Virus record (IMG/VR): IMGVR_UViG_3300009079_000079
Coordinates: 1-30,648 of that record
Length of the DNA stretch: 30,648 nucleotides
Source of the DNA: a virus
Lineage: Duplodnaviria; Caudoviricetes
Reading direction: 5' to 3' (one strand)
In this document: piece by piece, positions 19,501 through 28,240 of the stretch
Layout of the letters: each line of letters starts with the position of its first letter
How positions within the stretch are numbered: position 1 is the stretch's first letter
Notes under the pieces: model-generated
Told to the model about the DNA's origin: nothing
The model's input: the letters and a program-made list of their open reading frames with translations, nothing else
Database searches by the model: none
Translations under genes and position numbers: made by a program

Positions 19501-19724
19501 GAGTTGGATGGGTGTACGCCCAAGCCACAGGTGAGAGCCCCTCTCTAGGTTACTTAGCTAGGGGAGGTACTTCTCTTTCCAAACTAGCACAAGGTGATGT
19601 GGAAGGATCACTGTATAATGCCATGCGAATGGCACCTGGTATTGCACCTTTCACAGAGGGTAACAAAAGCTTAGCTAGTTTATTAACTGGTGGTGGATGG
19701 AACTACAAAGACAATGAGGAGTAA
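16389..19724 (+). CDS. Large helical internal virion/ejection protein (T7 gp16-like C-terminal region); true start uncertain, frame probably continues 15653-16516
   Basis: Ala/Gly-rich hydrophobic N-region (EGLTEVAQE), FALFTQFQGF motif near the C-terminus. The first ~38 codons after GTG 16389 read like an off-frame shadow, and natural-looking sequence starts near LNNYKEIEG. Confidence 0.65.
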   Translation: MRVPLVWLTFLDMYLISKGWKTGVSKVLNVSVKSKKRLYLLNNYKEIEGAGDVFEYLGNTMAMSLPYMATIAAATVAAPVTFGLSYTVPVSVYAGQNWNEMEGPNENKSASIAIGAAVAMTVADRFGLQALKGVGGSPTAMLQQHARNLAARDGITLPTARKMVKESTDEIIAQFSKEVHEKAKEQLKSAATTKRILKDVGVGSLGEGLTEVAQEAIGYTAAVAGSDKQFDYQELEERLINAAVAGSALGAGFSVPGTVKDQLGWMDAAARYGVPIESTDVERYESEELNSPSPDYSTNGMMDGVETLLSKAAVKIAKTKPAPKGKSKTKVKTKKPSLQPRKDAHRVSQGSKTYMERASEAVMNASNLWQSHITNTFTKDLLDKSRAARALHSILGGGLTNLHSGSGFEAAQHHLMTAYTNQVSHPATFWKASGLPTFAGVHRSSQKAKMSDQIYAAWKAARDNDGVFYPDRVPQNTPNRGLVISLGNELIALGTKLRNDQIASDPELNMGLVESYLQRYRALDKRAVQNDPEGFKKALMSIEFKSGKKISAAQAQEIVDDIIDNPLVDSLSDAMSSNIGSLNPSSHKKRTLDLSEQEGFDAFYERDVFANVAKASKSAARFVTQMKYVGKDGEVISHFLDQMEAEGVPREEVNKVASRVFDGLEAVSGNYNRPTTQAGKKLMRFQKNVMFWMTLSALPLATFSSLPELAMSQGALTKDQIFGENNSIKSIATEFSAAFIPLLRKVEDGSDDDVLKPDTYSKGQKILNEVMGSSWEVGAATTVGVKEASENRKEVMEFFFKAIGLTQFTDYTRAVRASFAYDFMSYNAKIINNGKMGRLRRGDEYKTRQEQEAEQKLRSIGIPIEEFVGMHIDFEAEGLKYFEGPNAVYSLDQWNTIIKEGTYNFINQTVPLPGAMNRPLIYQDPRFALFTQFQGFISTFTANQIPRMWNDYIKRGSPSMKFNTFAIMSTMIALGFFSQAIKDSIKFDDDDDEGTLGNPYLNKPEYIRRGIMASGLLGTGERVVDIFAPIYGQRSDGGVGWVYAQATGESPSLGYLARGGTSLSKLAQGDVEGSLYNAMRMAPGIAPFTEGNKSLASLLTGGGWNYKDNEE

Positions 19725-19727
19725 CTT

Positions 19728-22700
19728 ATGAGTAAGTTTAATGTTAATAATGTATCTGGTTCTGTTAACGCAGTCGATGATATAGATTTAGGTCTCATCC
19801 AAAACGAAGGAGTTGTAGCCCCAGAAGGGGCTGCTACCTCTACTGGTTCATCTCTTGCAGATCAATGGAGGGATTCTCCAGAGACAGTAGAGGATGTTTC
19901 AGGAGCTGTTGGTTCTTTTGTGGATGATGCATTTGCTCCAGTAGATCCAGATGAAATGGAAAGGCTTGACCGACAAAGTTTAACACCAATTAATGAGCGT
20001 GTTAGAAATCCCCAACCTGCCTTTGTAGCATCATCTGCACTAGGTAATACATCTCAGAATGCACAGTATGCAATAAGCCCAGACGGGGGTCTTGTTGCTA
20101 GGGCTGAGAAGCTTAGGACTATGGTAGACGAAGGGTATGGGGTATACGTTGGTGGTCAAGGTAACCCTGCCTACCCAATGTCCCTTGGGCCAGACGCACA
20201 GAGAGGCCCTGCATTAGCAGATTCTTATGCAGAAGCAAACGATGGGACTTTCTTTGCAGCCGCAAGTAGATCTGATGCTATACAGTATGATCCTCTTAAT
20301 GAAAAAGAAAGAGCATTAGACCCAATGTTTACAATGCTGGGTAGCGTTGTTACTGAAAACATGATGATGAATTACTTTCAGTCTCTTAAAGAAGGTGACT
20401 ACTACAACCCAGAATCTGATGGGATGGATGTCGCACAGTCTTCTTTGTTAAGGGGTGGTCAAACACTTCCCGAAAGGAACGCTGAGATTGTAATGAGTCA
20501 GTCTAAAAACAATGGTCAGATTGGACACCAGATAAACTCAGAGTATCAAACACGCAGGGCTGGTCCTCGTACAGAACAACTTGTTAATCAGATGGTGCAA
20601 GAGATGGTTTCTCAGGGTGTGCCAGAAGATGTCGCACTTCAACAGGCACAGTCTTCACCTCAAGTTAATGAGATGCAAGCACCTACAAGATTAACTACCA
20701 AAGAGGCTGAGACTTTAGGTGCTGCATTTAAATCACTATGGGCTAGGGCTAATCCAAACTTGGTAGATGTATATAAGGATTCAACCCAGCAAAGGGTTTA
20801 CCGATTAACCCCAGAAGGTGAGGCATTAATTGAGAAGGGTAAGGCAGAACGTGACATAGCCTTTCCACCCCTTAACGTCAAACCAAATAAGTCTCCATCT
20901 ACTGAAGGTCTTAGTGGAACTGGTGTAGGTACTGTTAAGAGAGGTAAATCTGGGGGTGCTCCTGGACAGCGTATGCGTAATATTATGAATGAGGCTAAGG
21001 GTAATCTAGGAACCATAGGTCATTTTGTAAGACCTCGACGTATGAAACTCCTAATCTCAACTATAGCACTGCCACTTGTAACAGGTAACCACAACTCTTG
21101 GCAAGCTGAGATAAATGGTATGGGTGAAACCAAGATGAAGCAGTACAGGGCTGAGCAAGCTTCCCAAGATAGGAGGTTAGAAAAACCTGGTGCTGAAAGG
21201 GAAAAGCCATACATCCCAACGGATGAGATTAAAAAGCAGATGAATAAGATTGCACAGGAAGTTCAATCCTTAGCACAAGAGCGTAAAGGTGAAAACTTTT
21301 TAACATTCTTTTTCCAAGGGTATCAGGGCAGACTTGCAGCACAACAAACTAATTTTAATCTCACAAGCTCTAAGACTGTTCGCGCTGTAACAAGTGCGGT
21401 TGCACCTGCTACTTTTAAGATTGGAAGTCGGAAGGATAAAAACTATAGGCAAATGCAGGCCATGCTTTTAGTTCTTAAACAGAAGGATACTAATGGTAAT
21501 GTTATTGAGGAGGCTGCTGAAGATTTCTTACCTGTTGTTAGAGATGCTAAGCTCAGACTTAATGAGCCAATCCTATACGCACATGGTAAGAGATTAAAAG
21601 AAGCGTTAGATATGTCAATGACAGACGATCAATATGAAGCTGTTGCTGAAGCTATTGCTCAAGGTGTTGCATTAGACTCTCCTAATTTCCCAAAGTTTTC
21701 TGGACTTAACTTAGATCCTACCAATGATATGGACGCCGCTATCATTAAGAACATTAATAGCCAAAAGCAAGATGGTTTAGTTTACATGGATGCCTTGATA
21801 GACTTTGCTGATTACCTAGACTTTAAAAACAACAGGGGTGACCCTGATGCTAAGCAATCTTTTAGTACACACCTTAATGCGTACTTAGATGGTAAGACAC
21901 ACGGGACAGCTACCAATGCTGTGCTACTAGGTGATAAGAAAATGTCTTACAAGACTGGTGTACTGAGGACTCAGCGACTTAAGTTTCTTGATGATGGTGA
22001 CATCCGAGATGAGCTTATACGATTAGCAGATGCAAGTATTAGTACACCTTGGGAGAATGTATCTGATGATATTCTTGTAGATATTAATGCTGTTGCCCGT
22101 AAGGTTTTTCAAGACAGGGAATTAGCTAAGTTGACGATTATGACTTTTGGGTATGGTAAAGAGATTCTAAGTTTTGGTTCTGCTATTGATGAAACTATTG
22201 AGTTGATATACCAAGACACTGAAACAGACTCTGGGTTTGTCAACAGTTTAGATAGGTTGACGAAGGAAGTGACGAGGGATCAGCTTGCTGATATCTTATT
22301 GCTAAAGTATGCAGCATCTCTGGAGAATATCTTATCAGAGGATGCGCTTATAGCTAGGGAAGTTACCCGATCAGCTGCATCTTTGTTTTCCATTATGGAT
22401 ATGCCCTTTATGATACGAGGAGCTACTGGTATGGAGATGTACATAGGTGGGATGGTTTCCTCTGACTATGAATCTTCAGATAAAACTAAGTTTAAAATGG
22501 CTGATAGGTTTGGCAATGTCACTGAACAAGTGATACCACACTACACCAACACCCCAACAGCATCTGCTGCTAAGTTGAGGGGGACTGTCTCAATACCTGG
22601 AGACCATGCGTTTAGTGGGGTTGTTGTTCAACCTGTTCAATCTATTGATGCTGCTACAATGGCATTAACATTTTCTGGTAAATCATTTGATAGATTATCT

Positions 22701-23300
22701 AAAGCATCTAATGGTAAGCCTTATGCATACCCTATCTACGATGCTGTTAAGGTAGATGTTAATGGCTATGATGTTATGTTTGAAGAGATTAATCAGAACT
22801 GGATGGATGCTACGTTTGGATGGAGTTACTTTAAAGAGATTTCAAAATCTTTAGATGAAGCCACTGAAGTCTTTGAGAAGAATATCAAGAGTCGTCCTGC
22901 AGATGAAATACTATCAGCACAGCAGGCAGAGTATATGCAATTCTATCTAGCAACTGTTATTTCCTCTAAGGGTAATGAGTTAATGTTACCTTTGATGAAG
23001 AAGATTAAACAGCTAACTGGCAGAGCAGACTCTGATTATCTTTTTGATACTGTTAATATGTTTGCAAGAGAGATGCGGAAAGTAGGATACGATCCTTTCA
23101 ATCCACCATCAAACCCTAACGTCAAACAGCTTAGAACTTTCTATGCTCTTATGAAAAGAGAGTTGAAAACTAAATCAAGATTGTCTGATCTAGTTGCTCG
23201 TACAGAGGCCAGCAAGAAAGATCTTAGGAAAGAACTTCTTAGGACTGGTTTTAAAACTGAGAGTGGTAAGAGGATTGCTGCTAATTTCTACGGACACTAA
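19728..23300 (+). CDS. Putative virion-encapsidated single-subunit RNA polymerase (T7 superfamily, N4 mini-vRNAP-like), 1190 aa
   Basis: Ordered motifs: GYQGRL (DxxGR-like, ~21320); motif A YLDGKTHG (D721, 21888); motif B RELAKLTIMTFGYG, an exact Rx3Kx7YG (22116-22157); VQSIDAA; motif C PIYDA (D1005, 22740). Last gene of the internal-virion cluster. Confidence 0.8.
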   Translation: MSKFNVNNVSGSVNAVDDIDLGLIQNEGVVAPEGAATSTGSSLADQWRDSPETVEDVSGAVGSFVDDAFAPVDPDEMERLDRQSLTPINERVRNPQPAFVASSALGNTSQNAQYAISPDGGLVARAEKLRTMVDEGYGVYVGGQGNPAYPMSLGPDAQRGPALADSYAEANDGTFFAAASRSDAIQYDPLNEKERALDPMFTMLGSVVTENMMMNYFQSLKEGDYYNPESDGMDVAQSSLLRGGQTLPERNAEIVMSQSKNNGQIGHQINSEYQTRRAGPRTEQLVNQMVQEMVSQGVPEDVALQQAQSSPQVNEMQAPTRLTTKEAETLGAAFKSLWARANPNLVDVYKDSTQQRVYRLTPEGEALIEKGKAERDIAFPPLNVKPNKSPSTEGLSGTGVGTVKRGKSGGAPGQRMRNIMNEAKGNLGTIGHFVRPRRMKLLISTIALPLVTGNHNSWQAEINGMGETKMKQYRAEQASQDRRLEKPGAEREKPYIPTDEIKKQMNKIAQEVQSLAQERKGENFLTFFFQGYQGRLAAQQTNFNLTSSKTVRAVTSAVAPATFKIGSRKDKNYRQMQAMLLVLKQKDTNGNVIEEAAEDFLPVVRDAKLRLNEPILYAHGKRLKEALDMSMTDDQYEAVAEAIAQGVALDSPNFPKFSGLNLDPTNDMDAAIIKNINSQKQDGLVYMDALIDFADYLDFKNNRGDPDAKQSFSTHLNAYLDGKTHGTATNAVLLGDKKMSYKTGVLRTQRLKFLDDGDIRDELIRLADASISTPWENVSDDILVDINAVARKVFQDRELAKLTIMTFGYGKEILSFGSAIDETIELIYQDTETDSGFVNSLDRLTKEVTRDQLADILLLKYAASLENILSEDALIAREVTRSAASLFSIMDMPFMIRGATGMEMYIGGMVSSDYESSDKTKFKMADRFGNVTEQVIPHYTNTPTASAAKLRGTVSIPGDHAFSGVVVQPVQSIDAATMALTFSGKSFDRLSKASNGKPYAYPIYDAVKVDVNGYDVMFEEINQNWMDATFGWSYFKEISKSLDEATEVFEKNIKSRPADEILSAQQAEYMQFYLATVISSKGNELMLPLMKKIKQLTGRADSDYLFDTVNMFAREMRKVGYDPFNPPSNPNVKQLRTFYALMKRELKTKSRLSDLVARTEASKKDLRKELLRTGFKTESGKRIAANFYGH

Positions 23301-23357
23301 AAAAAATAAGGCCCCCAAGAGAACCATAAAGGTTTTCCTGGGGGCCTTTTTATTTTT
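23299..23357. terminator. Bidirectional rho-independent terminator between the convergent arms
   Basis: A-run, AAGGCCCCCA-AGAGAACC-ATAAA-GGTTTTCC-TGGGGGCCTT, T-run; fills the gap between the two stop codons. Confidence 0.92.
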
Positions 23358-23637
23358 ATTTAAGCATACCTTGTTTTGCAAGAAGCTCACGATACTCCTT
23401 CATCTGCTCATGCTTTCGTTGTTTTGCTAACGTAGTGTCTATAATACCACCCTCTAGATCCTCTGCAATACCAATGTCTATGACACGCGGCATGAGATCT
23501 TTTGTATACGCTAACTCTAAATCTAGAGCTGTCTTAGTCAATCGATTGGAGTTCCAATCAGAGATGAACTCATCGTCATCTACTTGAACACCTCGTAGTG
23601 CTAAATGATTATATGATTTACGCGAAGAAGTAGTCAC
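23356..23637 (-). CDS. Small hypothetical protein (~93 aa) overlapping the RNAP 3' end
   Basis: AAGGAG lies 10 nt before GTG at 23637, a better spacing than for TTG 23646; natural composition; ends at the terminator. Confidence 0.7.
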   Translation of the reverse strand: MTTSSRKSYNHLALRGVQVDDDEFISDWNSNRLTKTALDLELAYTKDLMPRVIDIGIAEDLEGGIIDTTLAKQRKHEQMKEYRELLAKQGMLK

Positions 23638-25912
23638 TGTTTTCAATCTCCTTTATATCTAAGCTGCCCAATGTGGGTTGTTCCACATCATCCTCAGCAT
23701 CTGTAATGAAGTTACGTATAACCTCAAAGTAATTATCGTAGTCGTACATACGTATGAATATTTGTTTGGTTAGGTCGAGTAGTTTATCCACATCACTGGC
23801 ATGAGTACTGAAGCTATCATGCACAGCTGCAAAGGAACCATCCCACTCAGAGATAACCAAAGCCATATGACTAGCATCCATAGAGTGAATGTAGTTAGGC
23901 GACATGCCACAGATAAAACCTCTCCTGTCTGGCATACGTGTAGGCACAAGGGCTACGTGTGTAACTTGACCTGTCTTGTTACCATACCCTTTGATACGTC
24001 CTCTAGCTTTCCTGTCTTGCATGATCCATTTCTCATAGATCACATGGAACCCTGAAGGTGTACTCCACTCAATCCGATCTTCACCCTTACCATGTTTAAG
24101 ACTTGTTGTAAACTCTTTCAGTTTAATCACAGTATCATTAAGTTCATATAGATCTTCATCTGTCTTGAAGTTTTTCTTCATTAGGGTGTCACGTATCTTA
24201 GACAGGTTCCTATACTCAGTGTTAGCTTCGTAGCCATCTGAGTCTACTTTCACATGTGTACCCAATTGGTACATCGCTAGGTTCTGTAAGTAACTCATAG
24301 TAGATAGTGGACCTGGGCACACCTTATCAATTGCTTTGATCAGCAGCTTAGATAGTTTAGTGCAATCATCTTGTGTGATGTCATAATCTGTGTGGTAGTC
24401 TTCCGATTTACAATCAAAGAACATGTTCTCAGCTATCTTCTTAGACCCTGCCGAGTATGCCCTAGTCATAGAGCCACGTTTGGATATACCTTTACGTATG
24501 CTCTTCATGGGCATGTTGTTTAGGATACTATTGAGTCGATCATCTTTACAAAGATTGATCATCTCCTTAGCTGTTTGAACATAGAAATCTTTCTGTATCT
24601 CTGAAGGTATTAGACCAACCAATCCACCAGTCTGTGAGTCCTTAGAGATTGCTCCAAGGTGTTGCCAACCATTGTTACTACCATCGATGGGGATAGGTAG
24701 ACTAGTCATGTGAATACGATTGTCTCTATAAGCACAGTCAAAATCATACCACTCAACACAAGCCGCGAGAAAAGATACTTTCTTCTCAGCCTGATCAGAG
24801 AACTGTGAGTTTTTACCAGCATGTACGATTTCATCCATGTATTCGTTTGTCCACATGATACGATCTTCTAGAGTCATTTTATCAACAGATATATTATCTA
24901 GTCCTTCTTCTTCAAGGTGACCTTTATAATCAGATGTACACCACTCAGGTATCTCATCTATATTGTAGGACATGTTGAAGACAGACGCTGTGTGTATAGC
25001 CAACCACTGTAACCCACTTTCAGTCATGGGCTTTGAGTGCTGGAACTTAAACAATCCCCTGGCTAAATCTGATCCTTGAAAGTTCATAAAGCTTTCGCAG
25101 TAGTAGAACCTGCCGCGATAATCTACATCTAGGTATTGATAGAACTCCTCTAGTTCTGATAGCTTACGTGCCTTCTCTGATATAAATGCCCACTCAACCA
25201 TCTTGCTCCTACGTTTAAGCTCTTTAGCATCGTTGTCTTTAATAGGATCAGTAGATATGAACAGGTCTTTGTTCTCAACCATCGCATTGTAAACTGGCTT
25301 GTTTATCTTCCAAGCAGTCTGCTGTAGTTTGTTAAGAGCTTGTACCCAAGGGGCATATGGATCTATCGCATCACCATCTACTCTACCTTTGATTACTGGT
25401 CTGTGAACACCATTGATCTGCTGTATCATACCAGCTATATCTTTGGGCCGTAAGGTACTGGTAGATGCTAAGGGAAAGCTCCCACCTTTCTCAGGTATCA
25501 CACCTAACTCGTACCACCTATGGGACGCAGACACCACATGACAGCTGTTACGGGTCTTAGCATAGGACAAGTCGATAAACCCTAGGTTGTATAAGGCTTC
25601 TACGAACAGGTCTCCTATGGACACTACAGAGCCCCAGGGAAGGGGCTCTCTATCTAGTTCTTTACCTACACTCTGACCTATTTTACTAGATGCATTAGTA
25701 AGTGTGGAGGTACCAGCTGGGCTTGAACTAGTATCTTTAGTGAATTGCATTTGAAGTATGGAGATACTTTTCATAACGTAACTTTCCATACGCTCACTGT
25801 AATTTCCAGACAACCTCATCAAGAGCCCAGCAAGATGGGGCCTTCGACGTGCAGGACTTACACCATCTACCCTCTTGACAAGGTAATCAACTATCTCTTG
25901 GAGTGCTGACAT
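23618..25912 (-). CDS. T7-like single-subunit DNA-directed RNA polymerase (non-virion), short N-terminus, 764 aa
   Basis: DYRGRFY, FQGSDLARGL, WLAIH, motif A PIDGSNNGWQH (D410), DFY, motif B RKGISKRGSMTRAYS, W.TPSGF, PNYIHSMDASH, motif C VHDSF (D699), C-terminal YFFA; AGGAG SD. Confidence 0.95.
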   Translation of the reverse strand: MSALQEIVDYLVKRVDGVSPARRRPHLAGLLMRLSGNYSERMESYVMKSISILQMQFTKDTSSSPAGTSTLTNASSKIGQSVGKELDREPLPWGSVVSIGDLFVEALYNLGFIDLSYAKTRNSCHVVSASHRWYELGVIPEKGGSFPLASTSTLRPKDIAGMIQQINGVHRPVIKGRVDGDAIDPYAPWVQALNKLQQTAWKINKPVYNAMVENKDLFISTDPIKDNDAKELKRRSKMVEWAFISEKARKLSELEEFYQYLDVDYRGRFYYCESFMNFQGSDLARGLFKFQHSKPMTESGLQWLAIHTASVFNMSYNIDEIPEWCTSDYKGHLEEEGLDNISVDKMTLEDRIMWTNEYMDEIVHAGKNSQFSDQAEKKVSFLAACVEWYDFDCAYRDNRIHMTSLPIPIDGSNNGWQHLGAISKDSQTGGLVGLIPSEIQKDFYVQTAKEMINLCKDDRLNSILNNMPMKSIRKGISKRGSMTRAYSAGSKKIAENMFFDCKSEDYHTDYDITQDDCTKLSKLLIKAIDKVCPGPLSTMSYLQNLAMYQLGTHVKVDSDGYEANTEYRNLSKIRDTLMKKNFKTDEDLYELNDTVIKLKEFTTSLKHGKGEDRIEWSTPSGFHVIYEKWIMQDRKARGRIKGYGNKTGQVTHVALVPTRMPDRRGFICGMSPNYIHSMDASHMALVISEWDGSFAAVHDSFSTHASDVDKLLDLTKQIFIRMYDYDNYFEVIRNFITDAEDDVEQPTLGSLDIKEIENSDYFFA

Positions 25913-25920
25913 GTATTCTC

Positions 25921-27540
25921 CTATGTAGCTATGTAATCAAAACCAACCTCTTTATTTTGAAGTCGGGTAGTCTGTGCATCATATGTTGCAGCACCAGCAT
26001 CACCAGTCTTACCTGTAAACCTAGACTTAAGAACCCTGAAGTTAACAGTGTTACGTTCGTATTCGTCAGATGCTGTTAGGTTCCTTGAGAATGCAATGAT
26101 ATCAAATGAGATCTGTTTGATAGAACCAGAGCCCTTGATGTCATCGATGGATGCAATGTTACCATCCTCGAATGCCTTACCACCTTGTGCCTTACGAAGA
26201 TGAGAGATCAAACCTAGCCAGATGTTGTGTCGCTTGACGATTTTGAGGAGGTCGGACATGAACTTGTCGATGGCTTCATTACCCGATAGACCGTCACTTC
26301 CTTCTGATACAGCGATTGTGATGTGGTCGAGGACCAGATATTTACAACCCATGAGGGCCATGTATTCGATTTTGTCGATGAGGCTGTCATCTCCGACTGA
26401 TCCTTGGTGGTCAAGGAGGACGAGTCTTTCATCTCCAAACACTTGTTCAAAGCCTTGTCTAAGTTCGTTTTCATCCGGAGGTGTGTCTTCATTAAGCGAC
26501 TTTTTGAGTACCATTCCAATGAACTTCTCTGCCGTATCTCCAACGCTTTCTTCCAGACTGATAAGCCCCACGCGATCTTTTGTTTTTGAGAGAAGATCCA
26601 AGATAATCTCTTTGATAATAGTAGACTTACCACTGCCAGTTCCAGAAGTGAATAGAGTAATCTCACCATGTCTAATTCCCTTTAGTTTATCGTTTAAACC
26701 ACTCAAACAAACAGGGTAGGGTACACACTCTACATTCTGTCGTTGAATGAATTGATCCCAGATAGGTTTGCCTGTAACGATACCTGAGGGGTTCCAACTC
26801 TGTGCATTCCACACACACTCTAGTAAGGTCTTCCAACCATGCTTAAGTAGTGTGTCATTAGCGTCATTCTCTGGTAGCTTTGCGACTTTAGCCTTACCTG
26901 GTTTAATCATCTTACCAAGGAAGTCAGACATCTTTTTACCAGCTTCATCCTGATCCATCATTATTACGACAGTCTTGAATGAGTTTATCCAATCCCGTTG
27001 AGCCAGAGCGCAAGAGGTAGAAGATGAAGAAGGTACAGCGACCACAGAATAGGTTCTACCGTATTTTTCTTTGTAGGCTTGCGCGACACTGAGTGCGTCG
27101 ATTTCTCCTTCACAGATGACCAGCGTAAATCCTGATGTTGATTGTTGTTGTCCGAATAGTTCGACATTTTTGAAGTCTCCATGAGTACGAAACTCTTTAG
27201 GGAGCTTACGCTCTTTGTATGCAGACAGTTCTCCATTGATAGTGTAGGGATAGAAATGTGATTGAGGTTTCCCATTGATGTCTACAGACATCTTAACATT
27301 AAAATGGTCAACCACATCTTGAGATATTCCACGACTAGTCATTGGATAGCTTCTGTATGTATTGATCTCATCTATCATCGATGAGTTCATAAGGAAATCG
27401 GTATCTTCTATAAGTTCCATTGGTTTTCTTTCGTTTAAAAATACTGTTATTCCACATGAAAAGCAGTGGCTTCTTGGGTTATCATCATTGTATACATGGT
27501 TAGCATCAGAGCTTCCACAATTTTCACAATTAGTTTTCAC
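25921..27540 (-). CDS. T7 gp4-like DNA primase-helicase
   Basis: Zn finger CENCGSSD...HCFSC, TOPRIM CEGEIDALS and MDQDEAG, Walker A SGTGSGKST, LDHI, ISHLRK, KGSGSIKQ, KSRFTG; GTG start with AAGGGA SD. Confidence 0.95.
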   Translation of the reverse strand: MKTNCENCGSSDANHVYNDDNPRSHCFSCGITVFLNERKPMELIEDTDFLMNSSMIDEINTYRSYPMTSRGISQDVVDHFNVKMSVDINGKPQSHFYPYTINGELSAYKERKLPKEFRTHGDFKNVELFGQQQSTSGFTLVICEGEIDALSVAQAYKEKYGRTYSVVAVPSSSSTSCALAQRDWINSFKTVVIMMDQDEAGKKMSDFLGKMIKPGKAKVAKLPENDANDTLLKHGWKTLLECVWNAQSWNPSGIVTGKPIWDQFIQRQNVECVPYPVCLSGLNDKLKGIRHGEITLFTSGTGSGKSTIIKEIILDLLSKTKDRVGLISLEESVGDTAEKFIGMVLKKSLNEDTPPDENELRQGFEQVFGDERLVLLDHQGSVGDDSLIDKIEYMALMGCKYLVLDHITIAVSEGSDGLSGNEAIDKFMSDLLKIVKRHNIWLGLISHLRKAQGGKAFEDGNIASIDDIKGSGSIKQISFDIIAFSRNLTASDEYERNTVNFRVLKSRFTGKTGDAGAATYDAQTTRLQNKEVGFDYIAT

Positions 27541-27570
27541 CAGTAATCCCTTTCGATTTTTATGTCACGA

Positions 27571-27969
27571 TTACGATTCTTTTTTATCCGAGTCTTTGAA
27601 TGCTTGGAGGCCCACTTCAAGTTCTTCTGCTTTTTCAACTCGAACCCAGAGGTATTCTCCTCCTCGTTTAACTCTGTCTCTTTGAAGGATGATTCCTTGT
27701 ACCGTTTTATCATTGAACTCCTCGAATATATTTTGATAGGTATCAAGTAAAGGTTTAATTATATTATCTAGGTCAGAAGCTTTGTTAGATAAGCCAGCGT
27801 ACACAATGAAGTGGACAGGATTACTTTTAAAATCCCATGTCTGATCCATTAGTATCACTGCCATATCCTCTTGAAACCTCTTGTAGTCAGCTGTCTTGTA
27901 GGTTGTCCTGCCTTTCCTGACAAACATCCTGTTGGCTGACAGTGGTTTTATTTGGAATAGGTTTTCCAT
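27571..27969 (-). CDS. rusA: RusA-family Holliday junction resolvase/endonuclease
   Basis: KPLSAN...SDLDNIIKPLLD...FNDKTV matches the RusA DxDNxxK...D motif; ATG 27969 is preceded by GAGG. Confidence 0.8.
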   Translation of the reverse strand: MENLFQIKPLSANRMFVRKGRTTYKTADYKRFQEDMAVILMDQTWDFKSNPVHFIVYAGLSNKASDLDNIIKPLLDTYQNIFEEFNDKTVQGIILQRDRVKRGGEYLWVRVEKAEELEVGLQAFKDSDKKES

Positions 27970-28240
27970 CACGCCTCTCTGCTGTTCTGATAGCATGACA
28001 GTTATGGCACACCACTTCTGTTTTAAAGACTTCATTAAGAATGTCACCGATATCTTTATCGGAAGATATCATTCGAGATACATTGTGAAGCTTTTCATAC
28101 TTAGGTAGATGGTCGAAGGCTAAAGCATCTGGATGTTTATCATAACCACAATCAGTACACCCTATGTCAGTCTTCAATATTCCTATGAACTGACGCTTGC
28201 TTTTTCGACTTATACTCTTCAATTTGTTTTTTAATGTCAT
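27887..28240 (-). CDS. Small zinc-binding HNH endonuclease
   Basis: CTDCG...LAFDH...VVCHNCHAIRT; overlaps both neighbours. Confidence 0.8.
   Translation of the reverse strand: MTLKNKLKSISRKSKRQFIGILKTDIGCTDCGYDKHPDALAFDHLPKYEKLHNVSRMISSDKDIGDILNEVFKTEVVCHNCHAIRTAERRDGKPIPNKTTVSQQDVCQERQDNLQDS

Noticed and set aside
26214-26719. 151-aa and 165-aa alternative-frame ORFs inside primase-helicase
   Set aside because: Ser-rich shadow composition and no recognisable motifs; better explained by local codon bias.
27405-27435. Internal Met after the primase Zn finger as a T7 gp4B-like second start
   Set aside because: No convincing SD; cannot be supported from sequence.
27537-27746. 69-aa minus-strand ORF bridging RusA and primase
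   Set aside because: Almost wholly overlaps RusA in another frame, Lys/Arg-rich shadow, no motif.
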